A program made the translations under genes and the position numbers. Positions 1-8,841 of a DNA stretch of 64,000 nucleotides are shown piece after piece (within the stretch, counting starts at the first letter, position 1; every line of letters begins with the position of its first letter). Origin of the DNA: a virus; IMG/VR virus record IMGVR_UViG_3300033066_000693, positions 128,001-192,000 of that record; one strand, 5' to 3'. Below the pieces are notes generated by a model. It ran no database searches, was not told the DNA's origin, and was given only the letters and a program-made list of their open reading frames with translations.

Positions 1-195
1 TCGTCTACATCTAACTCTGAAAGTTTAGAAACACTCTGAACTCTCGTCTCAATCACTCTGAACAATAAACCAACAATATCGAATAACAAAATAGTATAAT
101 AAAACTGTCGATGGCCTCCTTTCTCATTACTCTAAATCTCTGTTCTCTTAATCATCTAGGACATAGTTAACTTCGACTATTTCGAATCAATTCCT

Positions 196-1452
196 TCAAT
201 CCATCCAATCACTTTGTCCTGCTTTTTTCATCGTCCTATCTGGCTTAGGAGTAAAGTTCTTCACAGCCTCTTGAACCTCAAGACGGTCAAACCCTTCGTC
301 TGCCAACTTACTATGACTGGAACTCGTTTGTGCGGCTCGTTTTACGTTTTCTGGAAGGCTTCCAAAGGACTTCTCTAGACCGTCCGTAACATGCTGCTGC
401 TTGACAAGTTCAATGGCAATACTAATCTTACGGCTAAGAATTTCCTTAGCTTCAAGTAGATTATGATAAACGTCTTTGGCGCTCTGCTCAAGACTTTCAA
501 TTCTTGCAGCATACATCTCAACGTCTCGCATATGGTCATAGATAACGCCGTCTTGTCTAGCCGCAGGCTTCTCGTATGAAACCTTCGCAAGAACGCCTCT
601 CAGCAACTCAACGCCTCGCTTGCATGCGGAGCATTGACTAGTAGCTTGGATCTTTATCTGAACAACTCGATCCAAGTAGTCTTGGATCTTGGTCAGTTTC
701 TCGCCCATTCCTACAAGATCAGTAAGCTCAACATTTGTGCTAACAGAAGAGTTTTTCAGTTCAGCAACAAGCTTGTCAATATCAAGAGGACGACCATTGC
801 TAGTAATGTTGCGAATGAAAGCGCCCTTCTCGTCATAGAAGCGAGAATACATAGGAGCGGGCGGAGTCAGCATCCATCCGTCTGCGTTGGGCTTTTGCTC
901 ATAGATAGGGCCAGCAGCAGTCTCTTGCTCTGAATCTTCAACCTGAACATGCTTTACAGGATTAGGTTGAGACGGAGCGGCGGTTAGCCCCACAACATTA
1001 GGAACTGAGGCAGGCTCAATCCGAATCTTGTCATTGTCCTTATTCGCTTGGACATCGGTTGTATCTTTATTCTCAAAGATTTGTTCCGACACCAGCGGTT
1101 GTACCGCTGGGACGACAGGCTGCTTAGTTGGTATTGACTTCGACAGTATTTCCTCGAAGCTATTGTTCGAGACGACTGCGGGAGCGGGCTGTTCTGGTTG
1201 CTGGGCGACGGTCTGTTGAACATTAGCAGTTACCTCCGGTTGGGCGGTGTACTGTACGTCAGCAGTTGGTACGGCTTGTGCTATCTTGTCGCTCAATTCT
1301 TTAGCCTTTTGCTCAAATGTCGCATTGTCATGCGAAGGAGCTACCTCTGCGTATGCTCCCTCCTGACTCTCTTCGCTCTCGTCTCTGATGTTCGAACCGT
1401 TTTTTGGTACGTCGAATATAGAATCTAGTTGATCAACTATTCCTGAAGACAT
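196..1452 (-). CDS. hypothetical protein with a low-complexity Q/P/V-rich middle region and a coiled-coil-like C-terminal half
   Basis: 418-aa ORF. ATG at 1450-1452 is preceded by an AGGAAGA SD-like motif. No recognisable catalytic motifs. Confidence 0.6.
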   Translation of the reverse strand: MSSGIVDQLDSIFDVPKNGSNIRDESEESQEGAYAEVAPSHDNATFEQKAKELSDKIAQAVPTADVQYTAQPEVTANVQQTVAQQPEQPAPAVVSNNSFEEILSKSIPTKQPVVPAVQPLVSEQIFENKDTTDVQANKDNDKIRIEPASVPNVVGLTAAPSQPNPVKHVQVEDSEQETAAGPIYEQKPNADGWMLTPPAPMYSRFYDEKGAFIRNITSNGRPLDIDKLVAELKNSSVSTNVELTDLVGMGEKLTKIQDYLDRVVQIKIQATSQCSACKRGVELLRGVLAKVSYEKPAARQDGVIYDHMRDVEMYAARIESLEQSAKDVYHNLLEAKEILSRKISIAIELVKQQHVTDGLEKSFGSLPENVKRAAQTSSSHSKLADEGFDRLEVQEAVKNFTPKPDRTMKKAGQSDWMD

Positions 1453-1473
1453 AATTTCTTCCTATCTATCTAT

Positions 1474-1788
1474 TCAAGCAATCGCGTCGTAATCTTTCTT
1501 CTCGTCTGCGGAAAGGCCTTTTCTCGGTAATTCAGGCGCATTCACTATGGCAGCAACCGTATTAAGCTTGTATTCTTCGAATACTTTCTTGGCTGTCTGC
1601 TCGAAATCGTCTGCTACAAGCTTTGTGATTCCGTCGCTCTTAGCTCGCAGAGCCGCTACCGTATCCCATTCAACCTCAATCGAGTGGTCAACAAGGATGT
1701 CCATCGTTTCGTACTTTGCCGTATTGTACTTACGGGTAATGGATTTTCTGACAATCGACTTTCTTACAACTGGCTCGCCCTCTGCCAT
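1474..1788 (-). CDS. hypothetical protein
   Basis: 104-aa ORF in the co-directional array, tightly packed against its neighbours. No recognisable motifs. Confidence 0.5.
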   Translation of the reverse strand: MAEGEPVVRKSIVRKSITRKYNTAKYETMDILVDHSIEVEWDTVAALRAKSDGITKLVADDFEQTAKKVFEEYKLNTVAAIVNAPELPRKGLSADEKKDYDAIA

Positions 1789-1803
1789 GATCTTCCCTTT
1801 CTA

Positions 1804-2247
1804 TTAGGTACCAACTCTTTCGGAGGTTTCTCTTCCGTCTTCGGATATCCACACGAACTCTCCTGCTTCGCCAACAGGAAAGTAATCTCTACAGTTACAG
1901 CAAAATGTTCTGCCATAAAAAGAAGGCGTAGCTGCATAGGTTTCAGCGATAGCCGTTCCCATAGTCGTAGTAGTATTGCATCCGCTATCAAGCTGCTTTT
2001 GCGTCCAGAAACGGCCTACTACAGGCTCTTTTTCAGGGCCATACTCTTCATAGGCAACATAACCTTCGTTCTTATATCGCTCTTGCTCTTCAGCGGTCAA
2101 TGGCCTTGTAGGATTCTGCGGACGAACGCCTACATGCTTATATGTTCTACGAACAGGTCTTATGAACTTACGGTCTTCAGGAACAACAGTCGGATGCCGC
2201 TCATATTGTCCGTCTTCTCTCTTAGAGCCATAATCAAAGCTACTCAT
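1804..2247 (-). CDS. hypothetical Cys-containing protein
   Basis: The ORF track starts at a TTG at 2259. An in-frame ATG at 2245-2247 is preceded by GGAGG with a 5-nt spacer, so it is the likelier true start. Confidence 0.55.
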   Translation of the reverse strand: MSSFDYGSKREDGQYERHPTVVPEDRKFIRPVRRTYKHVGVRPQNPTRPLTAEEQERYKNEGYVAYEEYGPEKEPVVGRFWTQKQLDSGCNTTTTMGTAIAETYAATPSFYGRTFCCNCRDYFPVGEAGEFVWISEDGRETSERVGT

Positions 2248-2305
2248 ATTTGCCTCCAAATAAGCTATTCATACTCGTCTTTTTCTTTACGAGGTTACTC
2301 TATGT

Positions 2306-4291
2306 TCACGCAAAGATATTTCCTGTTTCTACCCCTCGCTTCTTGGCCTTCTTTAGGTCTTCGCGAATGACTTCAAACTCTGCGATAATGGCGTCTTTAC
2401 CTCTGCCTCTACCCGTCTTTGGTCTAAAGAAGCCAGCCTCTACCAGCGCTTCAACCGCCCTCATATCTACAATCTTGGTATCAGTCTTGGCCGCAAAATC
2501 CGCAAGACTTGAATAAGGCTGCTTAGAGACAATCTCATGAGCAGCATTATCGCTCAAACCCTTGCATTTAACCGAAGGACAAATCTGAGACTTGCCAATC
2601 CCTTGAGCGGCGTCTGCTCTTGCGATAATTCGATACTCTAGCTTGCAATCGTTGATATGACGAGGGGCTATGTCTATGTTCATATCCTCTGCCATCTTCT
2701 CAAGAACGCTTACTTTATCATAGTTTGATCTACCGACTTCTACGTTTAGATATGCGGTAACAAACTCTTCTGGGTAGTTAGCCTTGAGATATGCCGTGAT
2801 ATACGAGTTGTAGGCATAGCAACAAGCATGGGCCTTGTTGAAGCCGTAATCGGCAAAGGGCGTGATAACCTTGTCCCAATAGTCAGCCGCTATCTTGCCT
2901 TGAATCCCATTCTTTTCCGCGCCAGAAATAAACTTCTCTCGGTATTTTTGCAACAAATCTCTCTGCTTCTTACCAATGGCCTTAATAACGACATAACCCT
3001 CAGGAATCGAGAAACCAGCTATCGAGTTACAGATAGTCATGACTTGTTCCTGATAAACAAGCAAACCATAAGTCTTCTTCACATAAGGCTCAATGAACTT
3101 CTTGAGAGATGGATGGAAATAGTCCAGCGTCTCTGAGCCATGCTTACGAGCGCAGTATGTTGGAATGGAATCCATCGGACCCGGGCGGTACAAGGCTATA
3201 CCTGCCATGATGTCGTCTATAGAGTCAACTCCCATGTTGACCATCGTTCGCTGCATTCCATGCTCTTCGCATTGGAAGACACCTGTAAGCTTACCGCTCT
3301 TATAGAGCTTGAAAGTCTTAGCGTCGTCCAGCGGCAGATTCTCAATATCGATCTTGATTCCGGGATAGTTCTTTTCTACCTCTTGGCAACAACGGCGAAT
3401 AACAGAAAGCGTGCTAAGAGCCAAGATATCGAACTTGATAAGACCAAGAAACTCTAGGTCATTGTACTCAAACTGAGTTGCATAGGCATACTTTGGACCA
3501 GTCTGGAACTCGTCCGTAGAAAGCATCTTTGTCTGACGAAGAGGCGCTATGCGACCTAGCGGCTCGCTAGATATAACAATACCGGCAGCATGGACTCCAA
3601 AAGTGGATAGTAGTCCCTCGATATTACGAGAATGCTCCAAAATAGCAGGGTATTTATTGATGTAGAACGCAAAGTTTTTACACCACTTAGTAGCGTCTTC
3701 AACGGTCTTAATTGCATGTTCTTGCCCATCTGGACCCTTTACTTTCAGAAATGCACCATACTGCGGCGGAAGAGCAGTTAGGATATCTTCCCCTAGAGCA
3801 TTGGTTGCGGTTTTCCATTCGTCAAATCCTTTGAAGAAGGTTCGCTCCGGGTCAATTGCCTTGACCGCCCGACGAACAAACGACTTCATCTTCAACCCTG
3901 AATATGTACCAATGTTACCAACGTGTTCTCTTCCGTAAGTATCAATGATGTACTTATAGATATCGTCACGATGCTCATAGTCAAAGTCGGAGTCGATATC
4001 GGGGAAACCTTTTCTAGCAAAGGCTCGGCGCTTCTGAAGGAATGTCGAACCGTCTTCTGGCTTCTTCTCGGTCATGCCTAGAGCAAAAGCAGTCCAAGAG
4101 TTGATCTCATTGCGCTGTCCCTTTTTGCCGCCAGAATCCTTCCAAAGCTTATAGAACTTCTCCAAGATAGGCTTGCCGTCAAGTCCCTCAGTAGTTTCCA
4201 TCTTGGCAAGCTCTGCTTGGATGTTATTTAGAAGAGACTTGTCTTGAACAGCCGTCTCTAGTTCTTGCTTCATTTCCTGCAATGTTGCCAT
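2306..4291 (-). CDS. dnaE: DNA polymerase III alpha (DnaE-type) C-terminal fragment: palm catalytic DxD, fingers and HhH
   Basis: The motif FPDIDSDFD...YGREHV aligns with E. coli PDFDVDF...YGRD. Further DnaE matches are ALYRPGPM, YQEQVM and GFNKAHACCYAY...YLKANYPEEF (FNKSHSAAYA...LKAHYPAEF). The HhH region TDTK...VEALVEAGFFRP is also present. The ORF ends after HhH, with no OB or clamp-binding tail. About 95 aa of unassigned N-terminal head precede the palm motif. Confidence 0.9.
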   Translation of the reverse strand: MATLQEMKQELETAVQDKSLLNNIQAELAKMETTEGLDGKPILEKFYKLWKDSGGKKGQRNEINSWTAFALGMTEKKPEDGSTFLQKRRAFARKGFPDIDSDFDYEHRDDIYKYIIDTYGREHVGNIGTYSGLKMKSFVRRAVKAIDPERTFFKGFDEWKTATNALGEDILTALPPQYGAFLKVKGPDGQEHAIKTVEDATKWCKNFAFYINKYPAILEHSRNIEGLLSTFGVHAAGIVISSEPLGRIAPLRQTKMLSTDEFQTGPKYAYATQFEYNDLEFLGLIKFDILALSTLSVIRRCCQEVEKNYPGIKIDIENLPLDDAKTFKLYKSGKLTGVFQCEEHGMQRTMVNMGVDSIDDIMAGIALYRPGPMDSIPTYCARKHGSETLDYFHPSLKKFIEPYVKKTYGLLVYQEQVMTICNSIAGFSIPEGYVVIKAIGKKQRDLLQKYREKFISGAEKNGIQGKIAADYWDKVITPFADYGFNKAHACCYAYNSYITAYLKANYPEEFVTAYLNVEVGRSNYDKVSVLEKMAEDMNIDIAPRHINDCKLEYRIIARADAAQGIGKSQICPSVKCKGLSDNAAHEIVSKQPYSSLADFAAKTDTKIVDMRAVEALVEAGFFRPKTGRGRGKDAIIAEFEVIREDLKKAKKRGVETGNIFA

Positions 4292-4896
4292 TATTTCTCG
4301 TCCCTATAAAACAACCGGGGGAATGCAGCCCCGGTTCCGTATATCCAATAGCCAATCTTGGGATGTCGGCGTATTCCATACGAACCTAGCTCAATTCCAC
4401 TTTGAGTAACAATGTCATAGCTCTTAACTGTTGTACATTGTTCTCTTGGCTCGTCAACTGTTTCTACTACCCGCAGGTTACCAGACAACCCTCTTGTCTC
4501 TCTTGCAAACTCCAAATAGATTTTGGCAAGTGAGATCATCTGCTGAAGAGAACTATCATATGGTTCCTCGTCATTGTAGTAATCAATAAGCTCTACTTTG
4601 AAGAACTGCGCAAAGTGCAATCCGTCATTCCTCAATCCGTCTTGAACTCTATAGCATGGCGTTGCGCAGCAATACTTGCCTGCATGAAAATCAGTAGTAA
4701 GAATCAACTCCATGAACGATTGCTCGCCAGAAGCAACCAGAGTTCCCGGACCCATAAGATCACAATGACCCTTAGGGGCCGTCGTCATCATTGCCTCAAT
4801 ACCTACTACCCAAGGGACATCAATATAATCAAAGTCTTCGTCTGTATAGAACTCAATAGCTTGATGAACTGGTCCATAGAAGTTCATGTAACTCAT
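4291..4896 (-). CDS. class II aminoacyl-tRNA synthetase-like minimal catalytic core (AsnA/EpmA/PheS-alpha-like ligase fold)
   Basis: 201 aa. A motif-2-like segment YRVQDGLRNDGLHFAQFFKVEL carries the conserved Arg and an [HE]F..E signature. A motif-3-like segment GTGAAFPRLFY carries G.G...RL. There is no anticodon-binding domain. Confidence 0.5.
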   Translation of the reverse strand: MSYMNFYGPVHQAIEFYTDEDFDYIDVPWVVGIEAMMTTAPKGHCDLMGPGTLVASGEQSFMELILTTDFHAGKYCCATPCYRVQDGLRNDGLHFAQFFKVELIDYYNDEEPYDSSLQQMISLAKIYLEFARETRGLSGNLRVVETVDEPREQCTTVKSYDIVTQSGIELGSYGIRRHPKIGYWIYGTGAAFPRLFYRDEK

Positions 4897-5204
4897 TTTC
4901 TTGTTCCATCCATAAAAGCAGAATGAGTGGCGTCTGCCATTTTTCTCAGGTCGTCAATGGAAAAAGACGGAAACTGACGTTTCAAATAACCGTCAATAGC
5001 TCCAACAAGATCGGCCAACTCTATAAGGGCCATAAGGCGATTCTGTTGAGCTTCTGCGTCTTGCAGTTCCTCTACTTCCTCTCGGAGCTTGGAACTAAAA
5101 CCGTACTCACCCTTCTGTATCTTCGCTAGATGATAACCCATTATTTTCCTCCGGGAAACAAGATCCCTGTTCTGACTGCTTTGCCCAATCGCCCTTCTTG
5201 ACAA
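4893..5204 (-). CDS. MazG-like all-alpha NTP pyrophosphohydrolase domain protein
   Basis: The sequence LREEVEELQDAEAQ...LIELADLVGAIDGYL resembles the MazG/HisE EExxE...D helix pair. The ORF overlaps the Dam MTase by about 98 nt as drawn. An internal Met at 5141 is a likelier start. Confidence 0.5.
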   Translation of the reverse strand: MSRRAIGQSSQNRDLVSRRKIMGYHLAKIQKGEYGFSSKLREEVEELQDAEAQQNRLMALIELADLVGAIDGYLKRQFPSFSIDDLRKMADATHSAFMDGTRK

Positions 5205-5997
5205 TCAGTATTTCTTGCGCCTTGCTTTTGTTATCTCCACGCTGCATGCTTTTTACAACTCTCTTTTCGTAAATCTTGAACCCTTCGCTTTCGGGGTAGA
5301 GTTTTCGAATAAAGTCGCTGTCATAGTACGAGATAGCGCAACTGCCTTGAATTTGCTTAGCGGCATCAGCTAATCCATTATGGTCGAAGCCATCCTTTTG
5401 ATTAACATGATAGAAGTCTTTTTCTACATTCTCATAAGGAGGGTCTAAGTAAAACAAAGCAGGACCACAATCCCATTTACGGATACATTCCTTATAGTCT
5501 AGATTTTCAAGATAGACATTCCGCAAAAACGCCGCAACAGTTTCAATTAGAGGAGGCAGCTTTGCCCATGTCATACAAATGTTCTCTCCCGTTCGAGAAA
5601 CGCACCATGTTCCGTCTTCTTTTCCAAACATGGATTGACGGTTGTATATGAGATAGTTTCTAGCCCATTCAACTGGGTTTTCTTTCAAGAAGTCCCGCTT
5701 TGTTTCTATGTAGACAACAGCATTCTCTAGCTCTCGCCTGCTATATGGAGTCAAGACTTGAGCCGTAAGGAACTCGTCTCGGTGGTCCCGCAAGACACGA
5801 AAGAAATTCCAAACGTGCCCGTCAAGATCATTGTAGACGAGACGATAATCCGTCGTCTCTGGCTTTGGCATAGCAAAACCAACCGCGAAGCTACCGCCAA
5901 ACGGCTCGCAATAGAGCTTATGAACAGGGAGTAAGCCTTTGATCCATTCTCTAATCTTGACTTTACCTCCTACTCGTTTGATCAAAGTGTCTGCCAT
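5107..5997 (-). CDS. dam: D12-class (Dam-family) N6-adenine DNA methyltransferase
   Basis: The N-terminus IKRVGGKVKIREWI...YCEPFGGSFAVGF matches Dam KWAGGK...EPFVGAGSV (motif I). NYLIYNRQSMFG matches LYLNRYGYNG. The DPPY motif IV lies in FYLDPPYEN. Confidence 0.85.
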   Translation of the reverse strand: MADTLIKRVGGKVKIREWIKGLLPVHKLYCEPFGGSFAVGFAMPKPETTDYRLVYNDLDGHVWNFFRVLRDHRDEFLTAQVLTPYSRRELENAVVYIETKRDFLKENPVEWARNYLIYNRQSMFGKEDGTWCVSRTGENICMTWAKLPPLIETVAAFLRNVYLENLDYKECIRKWDCGPALFYLDPPYENVEKDFYHVNQKDGFDHNGLADAAKQIQGSCAISYYDSDFIRKLYPESEGFKIYEKRVVKSMQRGDNKSKAQEILIVKKGDWAKQSEQGSCFPEENNGLSSSEDTEG

Positions 5998-6503
5998 GTT
6001 TCATGCCCTTTCTTGATATTCCATTTGTCATTGATAAGAGCTATAAAGTATGCCTTATCGACTGGAATTTTTACATACTCTTCTTCCCCGCTAGTTACGT
6101 ACTTATTGGGCTTAAATTCCCAAGGAGAATCATCAAAGTCATTTCTTCTAACGACAATAAAGCTTTTTAGATCTCTATGAAAAAGAACAAAATACCTGAA
6201 GCCGTCATTTTTCTCTTTGTCTTTGCGAGAATGTTTGGTGCTTTTTCTAAAAGGAATGTCCACAGTTGGGTACGGGAAAGAAAGAGCATCAACCCATCCA
6301 GTTTTTTTCATCTCTAAAGAGAAAATATCCCCTTGCAGGATAAGATCCCAATAGTATTTAGATGATAATTCTTCACTGCCTTTTGCTGTAATAATCTCGC
6401 TCTGCAAGAAACCTTGCGATAACAAGAAATCGCTAAAAGCTTTCTTTACCGACTGATCGCAGCTTTCCAGTTCTTTGTGATTACATGGTTTTATGTAGTT
6501 CAA
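5982..6503 (-). CDS. hypothetical protein
   Basis: 173-aa ORF between the Dam MTase and DnaE-N, overlapping each by 4-16 nt. No recognisable motifs. Confidence 0.5.
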   Translation of the reverse strand: MNYIKPCNHKELESCDQSVKKAFSDFLLSQGFLQSEIITAKGSEELSSKYYWDLILQGDIFSLEMKKTGWVDALSFPYPTVDIPFRKSTKHSRKDKEKNDGFRYFVLFHRDLKSFIVVRRNDFDDSPWEFKPNKYVTSGEEEYVKIPVDKAYFIALINDKWNIKKGHETWQTL

Positions 6504-7987
6504 TAGCGGTCAACTCCACCCGGATCTTCCGTAACGTCTCTATCTTCGAACAACTCAGCAACAACTTCGTCTGCCTTCTTAGTTTCAATCTCTCCAAAGA
6601 AATCCTGCTCTTGAACAAAGAACTTGTCATCGAAGCCTAGGAATCTCTCCCAAATCAGGTCATACTTCAATGGGTCTGGTCCATAAGCGATTCCAATAAC
6701 TCGCAACAGAACGCTGGCATATCCTGAGCCTCGACCGCATCCCGTCAGGATGTTGCGCTTCTTCGCCTCTTGCATGTAGTCTCGAACAATCAAGAAGTAC
6801 GTAGCAAAATCGTACTTGTTGTTGTCCCAAGCAACTCGAACGTCCTCAATTTCTTGCTTGAGTCTATCAATATGCGGCTGGCTGCTCTCCCAACCAAGCT
6901 TCTTCATGCCCTCCCACGCAAGATGCTCCATATACTCCATTGGAGTCTTGAACGGAGGCGGAACCTTGTATGGAGGCAGCCGCATGCCTGAAGTCATGTT
7001 CTCATAGATGTTGTTGGCATCAATCTTGTCGGAAACCATTACAGTATTGAACAAGAACTCGGGATTAGAGCCAAAAATCTTCCCCATCTCTTCTGCCGAC
7101 TTGAGATAGAATTCATGATACGGGAAGTGAAGGTGCTTTGGGTCATGCAGACAACGACTGGTCATCATGCACATGAGGAGTTCTTGCGAAAGACCCTGCT
7201 CTTTCTGGCAGTAATGACAATCATTTGTTGCAATGATTGGAACATTCATTTCCTTGCCGAGCTTGATAACGTCTGGAATGATAAGAGCTTCGGCGTCAAT
7301 GCCGTGATACATGACTTCCAAATGGAAATCTTCCTTGAAGATATCCTTGAAGATTCCTACGGCCTTTCGTGCCATGTCAAAGCGATCATGAAGAAGGTTG
7401 GCATTGACAACGCTGCTAAGGCAAGCGGAATTGCAAATCAATCCTTCGCTATGAGCCGCCAAGGTTGGCAAATCAATACGAGGATCAATGTAATAGCCTT
7501 CGGTCCATGCTTTTTGCGAAAGCGTACAGAGGTTCTGCCAACCCTTCCAGTTCTTTGCAATCAGCACCAAGTGACGGTTGCCTCGCCGTCCGTCTGTTTG
7601 CCCTAGAATGGTCTTAGAACCCTCTTTGCGCTGCGTATAGTTGATGGTTCTGTCTTTGGCAAGATAGAACTCGCAACCGCAAATAGGCTTGATATCGAAC
7701 TTCTTGTTGTCTGAACTTCGACACGCATTCATGAACTTGATAGACCCGCCAATGTTACCGTGATCGGTAAGGGCGATAGACTTGAAGCCCATTTCCTTTG
7801 CTCGCTCTGGTAGCGATAACCAAGGCTTCTTGCTCTTGTCTTTTTCAGGGTGCGCTTGGATTCGATTCAGACCGTCAAAAGACGAGTATTCTGAATGATT
7901 GTGGAGATGAACAAAGTCTGCGTTGTTTATGAATCGAGGCATAGGGCTTAGTCGGCATTTCTCCCTCGGGAAGACAGAGAGCCACAC
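6500..7987 (-). CDS. dnaE: DNA polymerase III alpha (DnaE-type) N-terminal fragment: PHP domain and start of palm
   Basis: The PHP motif FVHLHNHSEYSSFDG (HxH...D) is present. GCGRGSGYASVLLRVIGIAYGPDPLKYDLIWERFLG matches E. coli [33 protein letters not shown]. The ORF stops about 45 aa after ERFLG, before the catalytic PDFDxDF motif, which lies in ORF 2306..4291. Confidence 0.9.
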   Translation of the reverse strand: MWLSVFPREKCRLSPMPRFINNADFVHLHNHSEYSSFDGLNRIQAHPEKDKSKKPWLSLPERAKEMGFKSIALTDHGNIGGSIKFMNACRSSDNKKFDIKPICGCEFYLAKDRTINYTQRKEGSKTILGQTDGRRGNRHLVLIAKNWKGWQNLCTLSQKAWTEGYYIDPRIDLPTLAAHSEGLICNSACLSSVVNANLLHDRFDMARKAVGIFKDIFKEDFHLEVMYHGIDAEALIIPDVIKLGKEMNVPIIATNDCHYCQKEQGLSQELLMCMMTSRCLHDPKHLHFPYHEFYLKSAEEMGKIFGSNPEFLFNTVMVSDKIDANNIYENMTSGMRLPPYKVPPPFKTPMEYMEHLAWEGMKKLGWESSQPHIDRLKQEIEDVRVAWDNNKYDFATYFLIVRDYMQEAKKRNILTGCGRGSGYASVLLRVIGIAYGPDPLKYDLIWERFLGFDDKFFVQEQDFFGEIETKKADEVVAELFEDRDVTEDPGGVDRY

Positions 7988-8335
7988 TCAAGCCAAGTCG
8001 AGAATATCGCCTCTTTCCACAACGTCCTTTTTGGTAAACACTTCGGATGGTGAGACAGTTGTGCATACATAATCAAGATACGCAAAGGGGATCTTCCTGA
8101 CTGTCATGCTATGAGCAGGATTGATGACCGAAATATCGAATGTCGTCTCGGCTACCCCGGTTATTCTAACTCTTTCATGAACAGTTGGTACGTCCATAGG
8201 ACTGCTGCGATAGCTTATCGAAGCGTCGGTACGAGAACGCAAAAAAGTACCAAGGATTTCCTTGATGACATTGGGATCGCTTATTACTTCGTCAGCAATC
8301 ACCTTAGTTACAATTTGTTTTCTGACGTATCTCAT
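7988..8335 (-). CDS. hypothetical protein
   Basis: 115-aa ORF in the co-directional array. Confidence 0.45.
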   Translation of the reverse strand: MRYVRKQIVTKVIADEVISDPNVIKEILGTFLRSRTDASISYRSSPMDVPTVHERVRITGVAETTFDISVINPAHSMTVRKIPFAYLDYVCTTVSPSEVFTKKDVVERGDILDLA

Positions 8336-8613
8336 CCGTGCTTATGAGGATCAAACCGTTCATGAATGCCCTTGGTCTTATCTGTTACCCATTTAGGCTT
8401 TGCGCTTCTAATATGATCTCGAACATCTGTACATCGTTCCCAAGCTGGGCGACTATCGTTTATCAATCCCATATTAGAAATGATGTGTCTGATTGGCCTT
8501 CCGTCTTCTGGATGCTTGGTATACTTAGGGTCTGACATCTTCTGCAAGAACTCAACAACTTCTCCTGTAGAATCGCCTTTTTCATTTAGAACTTCGTACT
8601 CGTAGAGAGGCAT
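8332..8613 (-). CDS. hypothetical protein
   Basis: 93-aa ORF with a 4-nt overlap to the downstream gene. Confidence 0.45.
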   Translation of the reverse strand: MPLYEYEVLNEKGDSTGEVVEFLQKMSDPKYTKHPEDGRPIRHIISNMGLINDSRPAWERCTDVRDHIRSAKPKWVTDKTKGIHERFDPHKHG

Positions 8614-8616
8614 TGT

Positions 8617-8841
8617 TTAATCCTTAGTATATCCTACGCACTGAAGAACAATAGACGGATTGTTTATGTTCTTTCTGTACACTTTCCATTGATGTTGTTT
8701 GCCAAAAATCGTAAGCGTTGTTGGCTCAATAGGGTTGCTACAGTCTTTCGTCTGACAAGAGTTACAAAGAGGCTCAACCACTCCCATAGGCCCTACGGGA
8801 AGCTTATCCAAAGGGAATAGTTTTACCTTGTATGTACTCAT
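8617..8841 (-). CDS. small Cys-containing hypothetical protein
   Basis: 74 aa with a CNSCQTKDC cluster. 4-nt overlap with the upstream gene. Confidence 0.4.
   Translation of the reverse strand: MSTYKVKLFPLDKLPVGPMGVVEPLCNSCQTKDCSNPIEPTTLTIFGKQHQWKVYRKNINNPSIVLQCVGYTKD

Noticed and set aside
1-195. Possible tRNA, suggested by the TTCGAAT T-loop-like string near 180.
   Set aside because: No flanking acceptor or T-stem complementarity and no D-loop or anticodon architecture. The region is AT-rich and repetitive.
4291-6503. Split-intein explanation for the divided dnaE, by analogy with the cyanobacterial DnaE split intein.
   Set aside because: The N-fragment tail begins FDDKF with no Cys or Ser nucleophile after ERFLG. 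The C-fragment head ends ...ARKG before FPDID, with no HN plus Cys/Ser/Thr. No Hint-block motifs were seen.
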